This document shows positions 1 through 15,000 of a stretch of DNA of 64,000 bases, one piece after another. The DNA lies in contig OZ059900.1 in the NCBI GenBank assembly GCA_964057225.1, positions 930,001 to 994,000 of the forward strand, written 5' to 3'. This DNA is from Auanema rhodensis. Its lineage: Eukaryota > Animalia > Nematoda. Each line of letters begins with the position of its first letter. Positions within the stretch are counted from its first letter, which is position 1. The notes beneath the pieces are model-generated. The model was not told where the DNA came from. It ran no database searches and was given only the letters and a program-made list of their open reading frames with translations. Made by a program: the position numbers and the translations under genes.

Positions 1-3000
1 TTATTGGCTATAACAACAAAAGTCATCAATTAAACGCTAGTGATGTTTAAATACTGAATTTCGCTCAAATAGCATTACTACACTAAGTATGGTCGTTTTT
101 ATGCCTTTAACACCATATACTCACCGATTTTTGGTACAAAATCTGTAATACTTGTAAATTTCGATCATATTTGTTAAGATTCGAGAATCAAACACATAAT
201 ACACGAAATAAGTCTATTTTTACAAGTTTGCACTGATATTTATTCATTTTGATCAAAAAAGGTCGAAAATAGAAAGAATTTTTGAAATTTCCGAGTTTTG
301 AGTCCAATTTGGCTAAATCGCTCATATATATGATCAGAAGCATAGTTTTATTGTCTATGACAACAAAAATCATCAATTAAACGCTAGTGATGTTTAAATA
401 CTGATTTTCGCTCAAATAGCATTACTACACTAAGTATGGTCGTTTTTATGCCTTTAACACCATATACTCACCGATTTTTGGTACAAAATCTGTAATACTC
501 GTAAATTTTGATCATATTCGTTAAGATTTGAGAATCAAACATACAATACAAAAAATCAGTCTATTTTTATGAGCTTGCACTGATATATATTCATTTTGAT
601 CAAAAAAGGTCGAAAATAGAAAGAATTTTTGAAATTTCCGAGTTTTGAGTCTAATTTGGCTAAATCGCTCATATATATGATCAAAAGCATAGTTTTACTG
701 TCTATGATAACAAAAGTCTTCAAATATACACTAATAATGATTAAATCACTGAATTTCAGTCAAATAGCATTACTACACTAAGTATGGTCGTTTTTATGCC
801 TTTAACACCATATACTCACCGATTTTTGGTACAAAATCTGTAATACTTGTAAATTTTGATCATATTTGTTAAGATTCGAGAATCAAACACATAATACACA
901 AAATAAGTCTATTTTTACAAGTTTGCACTGATATTTATTCATTTTGATCAAAAAAGGTCGAAAATAGAAAGAATTTTTGAAGTTTCCGAGTTTTGAGTCC
1001 AATTTGGCTAAATCGCTCATATATAAGATCAAAAGCATAGTTTTATTGTCTATAACAACAAAAGTCATCAATTAAACGCTAGTGATGTTTAAATACTGAA
1101 TTTCGCTCAAATAGCATTACTACACTAAGTATGGTCGTTTTTATGCCTTTAACACCATATACTCACCGATTTTTGGTACAAAATCTGTAATACTCGTAAA
1201 TTTTGATCATATTCGTTAAGATTTGAGAATCAAACATACAATACAAAAAATCAGTCTATTTTTATGAGCTTGCACTGATATATATTCATTTTGATCAAAA
1301 AAGGTCGAAAATAGAAAGAATTTTTGAAATTTCCGAGTTTTGAGTCTAATTTGGCTAAATCGCTCATATATATGATCAAAAGCATAGTTTTACTGTCTAT
1401 GATAACAAAAGTCTTCAAATATACACTAATAATGATTAAATCACTGAATTTCAGTCAAATAGCATTACTACACTAAGTATGGTCGTTTTTATGCCTTTAA
1501 CACCATATACTCACCGATTTTTGGTACAAAATCTGTAATACTTGTAAATTTTGATCATATTTGTTAAGATTCGAGAATCAAACACATAATACACGAAATA
1601 AGTCTATTTTTACAAGTTTGCACTGATATTTATTCATTTTGATCAAAAAAGGTCGAAAATAGAAAGAATTTTTGAAGTTTCCGAGTTTTGAGTCCAATTT
1701 GGCTAAATCGCTCATATATAAGATCAAAAGCATAGTTTTATTGTCTATAACAACAAAAGTCATCAATTAAACGCTAGTGATGTTTAAATACTGAATTTCG
1801 CTCAAATAGCATTACTACACTAAGTATGGTCGTTTTTATGCCTTTAACACCATATACTCACCGATTTTTGGTACAAAATCTGTAATACTCGTAAATTTTG
1901 ATCATATTCGTTAAGATTTGAGAATCAAACATACAATACAAAAAATCAGTCTATTTTTATGAGCTTGCACTGATATATATTCATTTTGATCAAAAAAGGT
2001 CGAAAATAGAAAGAATTTTTGAAATTTCCGAGTTTTGAGTCTAATTTGGCTAAATCGCTCATATATATGATCAAAAGCATAGTTTTACTGTCTATGATAA
2101 CAAAAGTCTTCAAATATACACTAATAATGATTAAATCACTGAATTTCAGTCAAATAGCATTACTACACTAAGTATGGTCGTTTTTATGCCTTTAACACCA
2201 TATACTCACCGATTTTTGGTACAAAATCTGTAATACTTGTAAATTTTGATCATATTTGTTAAGATTCGAGAATCAAACACATAATACACGAAATAAATCT
2301 ATTTTTACAAGTTTGCACTGATATTTATTCATTTTGATCAAAAAAGGTCGAAAATAGAAAGAATTTTTGAAATTTCCGAGTTTTGAGTCCAATTTGGCTA
2401 AATCGCTCATATATAAGATCAAAAGCATAGTTTTATTGTCTATAACAACAAAAGTCATCAATTAAACGCTAGTGATGTTTAAATACTGAATTTCGCTCAA
2501 ATAGCATTACTACACTAAGTATGGTCGTTTTTATGCCTTTAACACCATATACTCACCGATTTTTGGTACAAAATCTGTAATACTTGTAAATTTCGATCAT
2601 ATTTGTTAAGATTCGAGAATCAAACACATAATACACGAAATAAGTCTATTTTTACAAGTTTGCACTGATATTTATTCATTTTGATCAAAAAAGGTCGAAA
2701 ATAGAAAGAATTTTTGAAATTTCCGAGTTTTGAGTCCAATTTGGCTAAATCGCTCATATATATGATCAGAAGCATAGTTTTATTGTCTATGACAACAAAA
2801 ATCATCAATTAAACGCTAGTGATGTTTAAATACTGATTTTCGCTCAAATAGCATTACTACACTAAGTATGGTCGTTTTTATGCCTTTAACACCATATACT
2901 CACCGATTTTTGGTACAAAATCTGTAATACTCGTAAATTTTGATCATATTCGTTAAGATTTGAGAATCAAACATACAATACAAAAAATCAGTCTATTTTT

Positions 3001-6000
3001 ATGAGCTTGCACTGATATATATTCATTTTGATCAAAAAAGGTCGAAAATAGAAAGAATTTTCGAAATTTCCGAGTTTTGAGTCTAATTTGGCTAAATCGC
3101 TCATATATATGATCAAAAGCATAGTTTTACTGTCTATGATAACAAAAGTCTTCAAATATACACTAATAATGATTAAATCACTGAATTTCAGTCAAATAGC
3201 ATTACTACACTAAGTATGGTCGTTTTTATGCCTTTAACACCATATACTCACCGATTTTTGGTACAAAATCTGTAATACTTGTAAATTTTGATCATATTTG
3301 TTAAGATTCGAGAATCAAACACATAATACACGAAATAAGTCTATTTTTACAAGTTTGCACTGATATTTATTCATTTTGATCAAAAAAGGTCGAAAATAGA
3401 AAGAATTTTTGAAGTTTCCGAGTTTTGAGTCCAATTTGGCTAAATCGCTCATATATAAGATCAAAAGCATAGTTTTATTGTCTATAACAACAAAAGTCAT
3501 CAATTAAACGCTAGTGATGTTTAAATACTGAATTTCGCTCAAATAGCATTACTACACTAAGTATGGTCGTTTTTATGCCTTTAACACCATATACTCACCG
3601 ATTTTTGGTACAAAATCTGTAATACTCGTAAATTTTGATCATATTCGTTAAGATTTGAGAATCAAACATACAATACAAAAAATCAGTCTATTTTTATGAG
3701 CTTGCACTGATATATATTCATTTTGATCAAAAAAGGTCGAAAATAGAAAGAATTTTTGAAATTTCCGAGTTTTGAGTCTAATTTGGCTAAATCGCTCATA
3801 TATATGATCAAAAGCATAGTTTTACTGTCTATGATAACAAAAGTCTTCAAATATACACTAATAATGATTAAATCACTGAATTTCAGTCAAATAGCATTAC
3901 TACACTAAGTATGGTCGTTTTTATGCCTTTAACACCATATACTCACCGATTTTTGGTACAAAATCTGTAATACTTGTAAATTTTGATCATATTTGTTAAG
4001 ATTCGAGAATCAAACACATAATACACGAAATAAGTCTATTTTTACAAGTTTGCACTGATATTTATTCATTTTGATCAAAAAAGGTCGAAAATAGAAAGAA
4101 TTTTTGAAATTTCCGAGTTTTGAGTCCAATTTGGCTAAATCGCTCATATATAAGATCAAAAGCATAGTTTTATTGTCTATAACAACAAAAGTCATCAATT
4201 AAACGCTAGTGATGTTTAAATACTGAATTTCGCTCAAATAGCATTACTACACTAAGTATGGTCGTTTTTATGCCTTTAACACCATATACTCACCGATTTT
4301 TGGTACAAAATCTGTAATACTTGTAAATTTCGATCATATTTGTTAAGATTCGAGAATCAAACACATAATACACGAAATAAGTCTATTTTTACAAGTTTGC
4401 ACTGATATTTATTCATTTTGATCAAAAAAGGTCGAAAATAGAAAGAATTTTTGAAATTTCCGAGTTTTGAGTCCAATTTGGCTAAATCGCTCATATATAT
4501 GATCAGAAGCATAGTTTTATTGTCTATGACAACAAAAATCATCAATTAAACGCTAGTGATGTTTAAATACTGATTTTCGCTCAAATAGCATTACTACACT
4601 AAGTATGGTCGTTTTTATGCCTTTAACACCATATACTCACCGATTTTTGGTACAAAATCTGTAATACTCGTAAATTTTGATCATATTCGTTAAGATTTGA
4701 GAATCAAACATACAATACAAAAAATCAGTCTATTTTTATGAGCTTGCACTGATATATATTCATTTTGATCAAAAAAGGTCGAAAATAGAAAGAATTTTTG
4801 AAATTTCCGAGTTTTGAGTCTAATTTGGCTAAATCGCTCATATATATGATCAAAAGCATAGTTTTACTGTCTATGATAACAAAAGTCTTCAAATATACAC
4901 TAATAATGATTAAATCACTGAATTTCAGTCAAATAGCATTACTACACTAAGTATGGTCGTTTTTATGCCTTTAACACCATATACTCACCGATTTTTGGTA
5001 CAAAATCTGTAATACTTGTAAATTTTGATCATATTTGTTAAGATTCGAGAATCAAACACATAATACACGAAATAAGTCTATTTTTACAAGTTTGCACTGA
5101 TATTTATTCATTTTGATCAAAAAAGGTCGAAAATAGAAAGAATTTTTGAAGTTTCCGAGTTTTGAGTCCAATTTGGCTAAATCGCTCATATATAAGATCA
5201 AAAGCATAGTTTTATTGTCTATAACAACAAAAGTCATCAATTAAACGCTAGTGATGTTTAAATACTGAATTTCGCTCAAATAGCATTACTACACTAAGTA
5301 TGGTCGTTTTTATGCCTTTAACACCATATACTCACCGATTTTTGGTACAAAATCTGTAATACTCGTAAATTTTGATCATATTCGTTAAGATTTGAGAATC
5401 AAACATACAATACAAAAAATCAGTCTATTTTTATGAGCTTGCACTGATATATATTCATTTTGATCAAAAAAGGTCGAAAATAGAAAGAATTTTTGAAATT
5501 TCCGAGTTTTGAGTCTAATTTGGCTAAATCGCTCATATATATGATCAAAAGCATAGTTTTACTGTCTATGATAACAAAAGTCTTCAAATATACACTAATA
5601 ATGATTAAATCACTGAATTTCAGTCAAATAGCATTACTACACTAAGTATGGTCGTTTTTATGCCTTTAACACCATATACTCACCGAGTTTTGGTACAAAA
5701 TCTGTAATACTTGTAAATTTTGATCATATTTGTTAAGATTCGAGAATCAAACACATAATACACGAAATAAGTCTATTTTTACAAGTTTGCACTGATATTT
5801 ATTCATTTTGATCAAAAAAGGTCGAAAATAGAAAGAATTTTTGAAATTTCCGAGTTTTGAGTCCAATTTGGCTAAATCGCTCATATATAAGATCAAAAGC
5901 ATAGTTTTATTGTCTATAACAACAAAAGTCATCAATTAAACGCTAGTGATGTTTAAATACTGAATTTCGCTCAAATAGCATTACTACACTAAGTATGGTC

Positions 6001-9000
6001 GTTTTTATGCCTTTAACACCATATACTCACCGATTTTTGGTACAAAATCTGTAATACTTGTAAATTTCGATCATATTTGTTAAAATTCGAGAATCAAACA
6101 CATAATACACGAAATAAGTCTATTTTTACAAGTTTGCACTGATATTTATTCATTTTGATCAAAAAAGGTCGAAAATAGAAAGAATTTTTGAAATTTCCGA
6201 GTTTTGAGTCCAATTTGGCTAAATCGCTCATATATATGATCAGAAGCATAGTTTTATTGTCTATGACAACAAAAATCATCAATTAAACGCTAGTGATGTT
6301 TAAATACTGATTTTCGCTCAAATAGCATTACTACACTAAGTATGGTCGTTTTTATGCCTTTAACACCATATACTCACCGATTTTTGGTACAAAATCTGTA
6401 ATACTCGTAAATTTTGATCATATTCGTTAAGATTTGAGAATCAAACATACAATACAAAAAATCAGTCTATTTTTATGAGCTTGCACTGATATATATTCAT
6501 TTTGATCAAAAAAGGTCGAAAATAGAAAGAATTTTTGAAATTTCCGAGTTTTGAGTCTAATTTGGCTAAATCGCTCATATATATGATCAAAAGCATAGTT
6601 TTACTGTCTATGATAACAAAAGTCTTCAAATATACACTAATAATGATTAAATCACTGAATTTCAGTCAAATAGCATTACTACACTAAGTATGGTCGTTTT
6701 TATGCCTTTAACACCATATACTCACCGATTTTTGGTACAAAATCTGTAATACTTGTAAATTTTGATCATATTTGTTAAGATTCGAGAATCAAACACATAA
6801 TACACGAAATAAGTCTATTTTTACAAGTTTGCACTGATATTTATTCATTTTGATCAAAAAAGGTCGAAAATAGAAAGAATTTTTGAAGTTTCCGAGTTTT
6901 GAGTCCAATTTGGCTAAATCGCTCATATATAAGATCAAAAGCATAGTTTTATTGTCTATAACAACAAAAGTCATCAATTAAACGCTAGTGATGTTTAAAT
7001 ACTGAATTTCGCTCAAATAGCATTACTACACTAAGTATGGTCGTTTTTATGCCTTTAACACCATATACTCACCGATTTTTGGTACAAAATCTGTAATACT
7101 CGTAAATTTTGATCATATTCGTTAAGATTTGAGAATCAAACATACAATACAAAAAATCAGTCTATTTTTATGAGCTTGCACTGATATATATTCATTTTGA
7201 TCAAAAAAGGTCGAAAATAGAAAGAATTTTTGAAATTTCCGAGTTTTGAGTCTAATTTGGCTAAATCGCTCATATATATGATCAAAAGCATAGTTTTACT
7301 GTCTATGATAACAAAAGTCTTCAAATATACACTAATAATGATTAAATCACTGAATTTCAGTCAAATAGCATTACTACACTAAGTATGGTCGTTTTTATGC
7401 CTTTAACACCATATACTCACCGATTTTTGGTACAAAATCTGTAATACTTGTAAATTTTGATCATATTTGTTAAGATTCGAGAATCAAACACATAATACAC
7501 GAAATAAATCTATTTTTACAAGTTTGCACTGATATTTATTCATTTTGATCAAAAAAGGTCGAAAATAGAAAGAATTTTTGAAATTTCCGAGTTTTGAGTC
7601 CAATTTGGCTAAATCGCTCATATATAAGATCAAAAGCATAGTTTTATTGTCTATAACAACAAAAGTCATCAATTAAACGCTAGTGATGTTTAAATACTGA
7701 ATTTCGCTCAAATAGCATTACTACACTAAGTATGGTCGTTTTTATGCCTTTAACACCATATACTCACCGATTTTTGGTACAAAATCTGTAATACTTGTAA
7801 ATTTCGATCATATTTGTTAAGATTCGAGAATCAAACACATAATACACGAAATAAGTCTATTTTTACAAGTTTGCACTGATATTTATTCATTTTGATCAAA
7901 AAAGGTCGAAAATAGAAAGAATTTTTGAAATTTCCGAGTTTTGAGTCCAATTTGGCTAAATCGCTCATATATATGATCAAAAGCATAGTTTTACTGTCTA
8001 TGATAACAAAAGTCTTCAAATATACACTAATAATGATTAAATCACTGAATTTCAGTCAAATAGCATTACTACACTAAGTATGGTCGTTTTTATGCCTTTA
8101 ACACCATATACTCACCGATTTTTGGTACAAAATCTGTAATACTTGTAAATTTTGATCATATTTGTTAAGATTCGAGAATCAAACACATAATACACGAAAT
8201 AAGTCTATTTTTACAAGTTTGCACTGATATTTATTCATTTTGATCAAAAAAGGTCGAAAATAGAAAGAATTTTTGAAATTTCCGAGTTTTGAGTCCAATT
8301 TGGCTAAATCGCTCATATATAAGATCAAAAGCATAGTTTTATTGTCTATAACAACAAAAGTCATCAATTAAACGCTAGTGATGTTTAAATACTGAATTTC
8401 GCTCAAATAGCATTACTACACTAAGTATGGTCGTTTTTATGCCTTTAACACCATATACTCACCGATTTTTGGTACAAAATCTGTAATACTTGTAAATTTC
8501 GATCATATTTGTTAAGATTCGAGAATCAAACACATAATACACGAAATAAGTCTATTTTTACAAGTTTGCACTGATATTTATTCATTTTGATCAAAAAAGG
8601 TCGAAAATAGAAAGAATTTTTGAAATTTCCGAGTTTTGAGTCCAATTTGGCTAAATCGCTCATATATATGATCAGAAGCATAGTTTTGTTGTCTATGACA
8701 ACAAAAATCATCAATTAAACGCTAGTGATGTTTAAATACTGATTTTCGCTCAAATAGCATTACTACACTAAGTATGGTCGTTTTTATGCCTTTAACACCA
8801 TATACTCACCGATTTTTGGTACAAAATCTGTAATACTCGTAAATTTTGATCATATTCGTTAAGATTTGAGAATCAAACATACAATACAAAAAATCAGTCT
8901 ATTTTTATGAGCTTGCACTGATATATATTCATTTTGATCAAAAAAGGTCGAAAATAGAAAGAATTTTTGAAATTTCCGAGTTTTGAGTCTAATTTGGCTA

Positions 9001-12000
9001 AATCGCTCATATATATGATCAAAAGCATAGTTTTACTGTCTATGATAACAAAAGTCTTCAAATATACACTAATAATGATTAAATCACTGAATTTCAGTCA
9101 AATAGCATTACTACACTAAGTATGGTCGTTTTTATGCCTTTAACACCATATACTCACCGATTTTTGGTACAAAATCTGTAATACTTGTAAATTTTGATCA
9201 TATTTGTTAAGATTCGAGAATCAAACACATAATACACGAAATAAGTCTATTTTTACAAGTTTGCACTGATATTTATTCATTTTGATCAAAAAAGGTCGAA
9301 AATAGAAAGAATTTTTGAAATTTCCGAGTTTTGAGTCCAATTTGGCTAAATCGCTCATATATAAGATCAAAAGCATAGTTTTATTGTCTATAACAACAAA
9401 AGTCATCAATTAAACGCTAGTGATGTTTAAATACTGAATTTCGCTCAAATAGCATTACTACACTAAGTATGGTCGTTTTTATGCCTTTAACACCATATAC
9501 TCACCGATTTTTGGTACAAAATCTGTAATACTCGTAATTTTTGATCATATTCGTTAAGATTTGAGAATCAAACATACAATACAAAAAATCAGTCTATTTT
9601 TATGAGCTTGCACTGATATATATTCATTTTGATCAAAAAAGGTCGAAAATAGAAAGAATTTTTGAAATTTCCGAGTTTTGAGTCTAATTTGGCTAAATCG
9701 CTCATATATATGATCAAAAGCATAGTTTTACTGTCTATGATAACAAAAGTCTTCAAATATACACTAATAATGATTAAATCACTGAATTTCAGTCAAATAG
9801 CATTACTACACTAAGTATGGTCGTTTTTATGCCTTTAACACCATATACTCACCGATTTTTGGTACAAAATCTGTAATACTTGTAAATTTTGATCATATTT
9901 GTTAAGATTTGAGAATCAAACACATAATACACGAAATAAATCTATTTTTACAAGTTTGCACTGATATTTATTCATTTTGATCAAAAAAGGTCGAAAATAG
10001 AAAGAATTTTTGAAATTTCCGAGTTTTGAGTCCAATTTGGCTAAATCGCTCATATATATGATCAGAAGCATAGTTTTATTGTCTATGACAACAAAAATCA
10101 TCAATTAAACGCTAGTGATGTTTAAATACTGATTTTCGCTCAAATAGCATTACTACACTAAGTATGGTCGTTTTTATGCCTTTAACACCATATACTCACC
10201 GATTTTTGGTACAAAATCTGTAATACTCGTAAATTTTGATCATATTCGTTAAGATTTGAGAATCAAACATACAATACAAAAAATCAGTCTATTTTTATGA
10301 GCTTGCACTGATATATATTCATTTTGATCAAAAAAGGTCGAAAATAGAAAGAATTTTTGAAATTTCCGAGTTTTGAGTCTAATTTGGCTAAATCGCTCAT
10401 ATATATGATCAAAAGCATAGTTTTACTGTCTATGATAACAAAAGTCTTCAAATATACACTAATAATGATTAAATCACTGAATTTCAGTCAAATAGCATTA
10501 CTACACTAAGTATGGTCGTTTTTATGCCTTTAACACCATATACTCACCGATTTTTGGTACAAAATCTGTAATACTTGTAAATTTTGATCATATTTGTTAA
10601 GATTCGAGAATCAAACACATAATACACGAAATAAGTCTATTTTTACAAGTTTGCACTGATATTTATTCATTTTGATCAAAAAAGGTCGAAAATAGAAAGA
10701 ATTTTTGAAGTTTCCGAGTTTTGAGTCCAATTTGGCTAAATCGCTCATATATAAGATCAAAAGCATAGTTTTATTGTCTATAACAACAAAAGTCATCAAT
10801 TAAACGCTAGTGATGTTTAAATACTGAATTTCGCTCAAATAGCATTACTACACTAAGTATGGTCGTTTTTATGCCTTTAACACCATATACTCACCGATTT
10901 TTGGTACAAAATCTGTAATACTCGTAAATTTTGATCATATTCGTTAAGATTTGAGAATCAAACATACAATACAAAAAATCAGTCTATTTTTATGAGCTTG
11001 CACTGATATATATTCATTTTGATCAAAAAAGGTCGAAAATAGAAAGAATTTTTGAAATTTCCGAGTTTTGAGTCTAATTTGGCTAAATCGCTCATATATA
11101 TGATCAAAAGCATAGTTTTACTGTCTATGATAACAAAAGTCTTCAAATATACACTAATAATGATTAAATCACTGAATTTCAGTCAAATAGCATTACTACA
11201 CTAAGTATGGTCGTTTTTATGCCTTTAACACCATATACTCACCGATTTTTGGTACAAAATCTGTAATACTTGTAAATTTTGATCATATTTGTTAAGATTC
11301 GAGAATCAAACACATAATACACGAAATAAATCTATTTTTACAAGTTTGCACTGATATTTATTCATTTTGATCAAAAAAGGTCGAAAATAGAAAGAATTTT
11401 TGAAATTTCCGAGTTTTGAGTCCAATTTGGCTAAATCGCTCATATATAAGATCAAAAGCATAGTTTTATTGTCTATAACAACAAAAGTCATCAATTAAAC
11501 GCTAGTGATGTTTAAATACTGAATTTCGCTCAAATAGCATTACTACACTAAGTATGGTCGTTTTTATGCCTTTAACACCATATACTCACCGATTTTTGGT
11601 ACAAAATCTGTAATACTTGTAAATTTCGATCATATTTGTTAAGATTCGAGAATCAAACACATAATACACGAAATAAGTCTATTTTTACAAGTTTGCACTG
11701 ATATTTATTCATTTTGATCAAAAAAGGTCGAAAATAGAAAGAATTTTTGAAATTTCCGAGTTTTGAGTCCAATTTGGCTAAATCGCTCATATATATGATC
11801 AAAAGCATAGTTTTACTGTCTATGATAACAAAAGTCTTCAAATATACACTAATAATGATTAAATCACTGAATTTCAGTCAAATAGCATTACTACACTAAG
11901 TATGGTCGTTTTTATGCCTTTAACACCATATACTCACCGATTTTTGGTACAAAATCTGTAATACTTGTAAATTTTGATCATATTTGTTAAGATTCGAGAA

Positions 12001-15000
12001 TCAAACACATAATACACGAAATAAGTCTATTTTTACAAGTTTGCACTGATATTTATTCATTTTGATCAAAAAAGGTCGAAAATAGAAAGAATTTTTGAAA
12101 TTTCCGAGTTTTGAGTCCAATTTGGCTAAATCGCTCATATATAAGATCAAAAGCATAGTTTTATTGTCTATAACAACAAAAGTCATCAATTAAACGCTAG
12201 TGATGTTTAAATACTGAATTTCGCTCAAATAGCATTACTACACTAAGTATGGTCGTTTTTATGCCTTTAACACCATATACTCACCGATTTTTGGTACAAA
12301 ATCTGTAATACTTGTAAATTTCGATCATATTTGTTAAGATTCGAGAATCAAACACATAATACACGAAATAAGTCTATTTTTACAAGTTTGCACTGATATT
12401 TATTCATTTTGATCAAAAAAGGTCGAAAATAGAAAGAATTTTTGAAATTTCCGAGTTTTGAGTCCAATTTGGCTAAATCGCTCATATATATGATCAGAAG
12501 CATAGTTTTATTGTCTATGACAACAAAAATCATCAATTAAACGCTAGTGATGTTTAAATACTGATTTTCGCTCAAATAGCATTACTACACTAAGTATGGT
12601 CGTTTTTATGCCTTTAACACCATATACTCACCGATTTTTGGTACAAAATCTGTAATACTCGTAATTTTTGATCATATTCGTTAAGATTTGAGAATCAAAC
12701 ATACAATACAAAAAATCAGTCTATTTTTATGAGCTTGCACTGATATATATTCATTTTGATCAAAAAAGGTCGAAAATAGAAAGAATTTTTGAAATTTCCG
12801 AGTTTTGAGTCTAATTTGGCTAAATCGCTCATATATATGATCAAAAGCATAGTTTTACTGTCTATGATAACAAAAGTCTTCAAATATACACTAATAATGA
12901 TTAAATCACTGAATTTCAGTCAAATAGCATTACTACACTAAGTATGGTCGTTTTTATGCCTTTAACACCATATACTCACCGATTTTTGGTACAAAATCTG
13001 TAATACTTGTAAATTTTGATCATATTTGTTAAGATTCGAGAATCAAACACATAATACACGAAATAAGTCTATTTTTACAAGTTTGCACTGATATATATTC
13101 ATTTTGATCAAAAAAGGTCGAAAATAGAAAGAATTTTTGAAGTTTCCGAGTTTTGAGTCCAATTTGGCTAAATCGCTCATATATAAGATCAAAAGCATAG
13201 TTTTATTGTCTATAACAACAAAAGTCATCAATTAAACGCTAGTGATGTTTAAATACTGATTTTCGCTCAAATAGCATTACTACACTAAGTATGGTCGTTT
13301 TTATGCCTTTAACACCATATACTCACCGATTTTTGGTACAAAATCTGTAATACTTGTAAATTTCGATCATATTTGTTAAGATTCGAGAATCAAACACATA
13401 ATACACGAAATAAGTCTATTTTTACAAGTTTGCACTGATATTTATTCATTTTGATCAAAAAAGGTCGAAAATAGAAAGAATTTTTGAAATTTCCGAGTTT
13501 TGAGTCCAATTTGGCTAAATCGCTCATATATATGATCAGAAGCATAGTTTTATTGTCTATGACAACAAAAATCATCAATTAAACGCTAGTGATGTTTAAA
13601 TACTGATTTTCGCTCAAATAGCATTACTACACTAAGTATGGTCGTTTTTATGCCTTTAACACCATATACTCACCGATTTTTGGTACAAAATCTGTAATAC
13701 TCGTAAATTTTGATCATATTCGTTAAGATTTGAGAATCAAACATACAATACAAAAAATCAGTCGATTTTTATGAGCTTGCACTGATATATATTCATTTTG
13801 ATCAAAAAAGGTCGAAAATAGAAAGAATTTTTGAAATTTCCGAGTTTTGAGTCTAATTTGGCTAAATCGCTCATATATATGATCAAAAGCATAGTTTTAC
13901 TGTCTATGATAACAAAAGTCTTCAAATATACACTAATAATGATTAAATCACTGAATTTCAGTCAAATAGCATTACTACACTAAGTATGGTCGTTTTTATG
14001 CCTTTAACACCATATACTCACCGATTTTTGGTACAAAATCTGTAATACTTGTAAATTTTGATCATATTTGTTAAGATTCGAGAATCAAACACATAATACA
14101 CGAAATAAGTCTATTTTTACAAGTTTGCACTGATATTTATTCATTTTGATCAAAAAAGGTCGAAAATAGAAAGAATTTTTGAAGTTTCCGAGTTTTGAGT
14201 CCAATTTGGCTAAATCGCTCATATATAAGATCAAAAGCATAGTTTTATTGTCTATAACAACAAAAGTCATCAATTAAACGCTAGTGATGTTTAAATACTG
14301 AATTTCGCTCAAATAGCATTACTACACTAAGTATGGTCGTTTTTATGCCTTTAACACCATATACTCACCGATTTTTGGTACAAAATCTGTAATACTCGTA
14401 AATTTTGATCATATTCGTTAAGATTTGAGAATCAAACATACAATACAAAAAATCAGTCTATTTTTATGAGCTTGCACTGATATATATTCATTTTGATCAA
14501 AAAAGGTCGAAAATAGAAAGAATTTTTGAAATTTCCGAGTTTTGAGTCTAATTTGGCTAAATCGCTCATATATATGATCAAAAGCATAGTTTTACTGTCT
14601 ATGATAACAAAAGTCTTCAAATATACACTAATAATGATTAAATCACTGAATTTCAGTCAAATAGCATTACTACACTAAGTATGGTCGTTTTTATGCCTTT
14701 AACACCATATACTCACCGATTTTTGGTACAAAATCTGTAATACTTGTAAATTTTGATCATATTTGTTAAGATTCGAGAATCAAACACATAATACACGAAA
14801 TAAGTCTATTTTTACAAGTTTGCACTGATATTTATTCATTTTGATCAAAAAAGGTCGAAAATAGAAAGAATTTTTGAAGTTTCCGAGTTTTGAGTCCAAT
14901 TTGGCTAAATCGCTCATATATAAGATCAAAAGCATAGTTTTATTGTCTATAACAACAAAAGTCATCAATTGAACGCTAGTGATGTTTAAATACTGAATTT

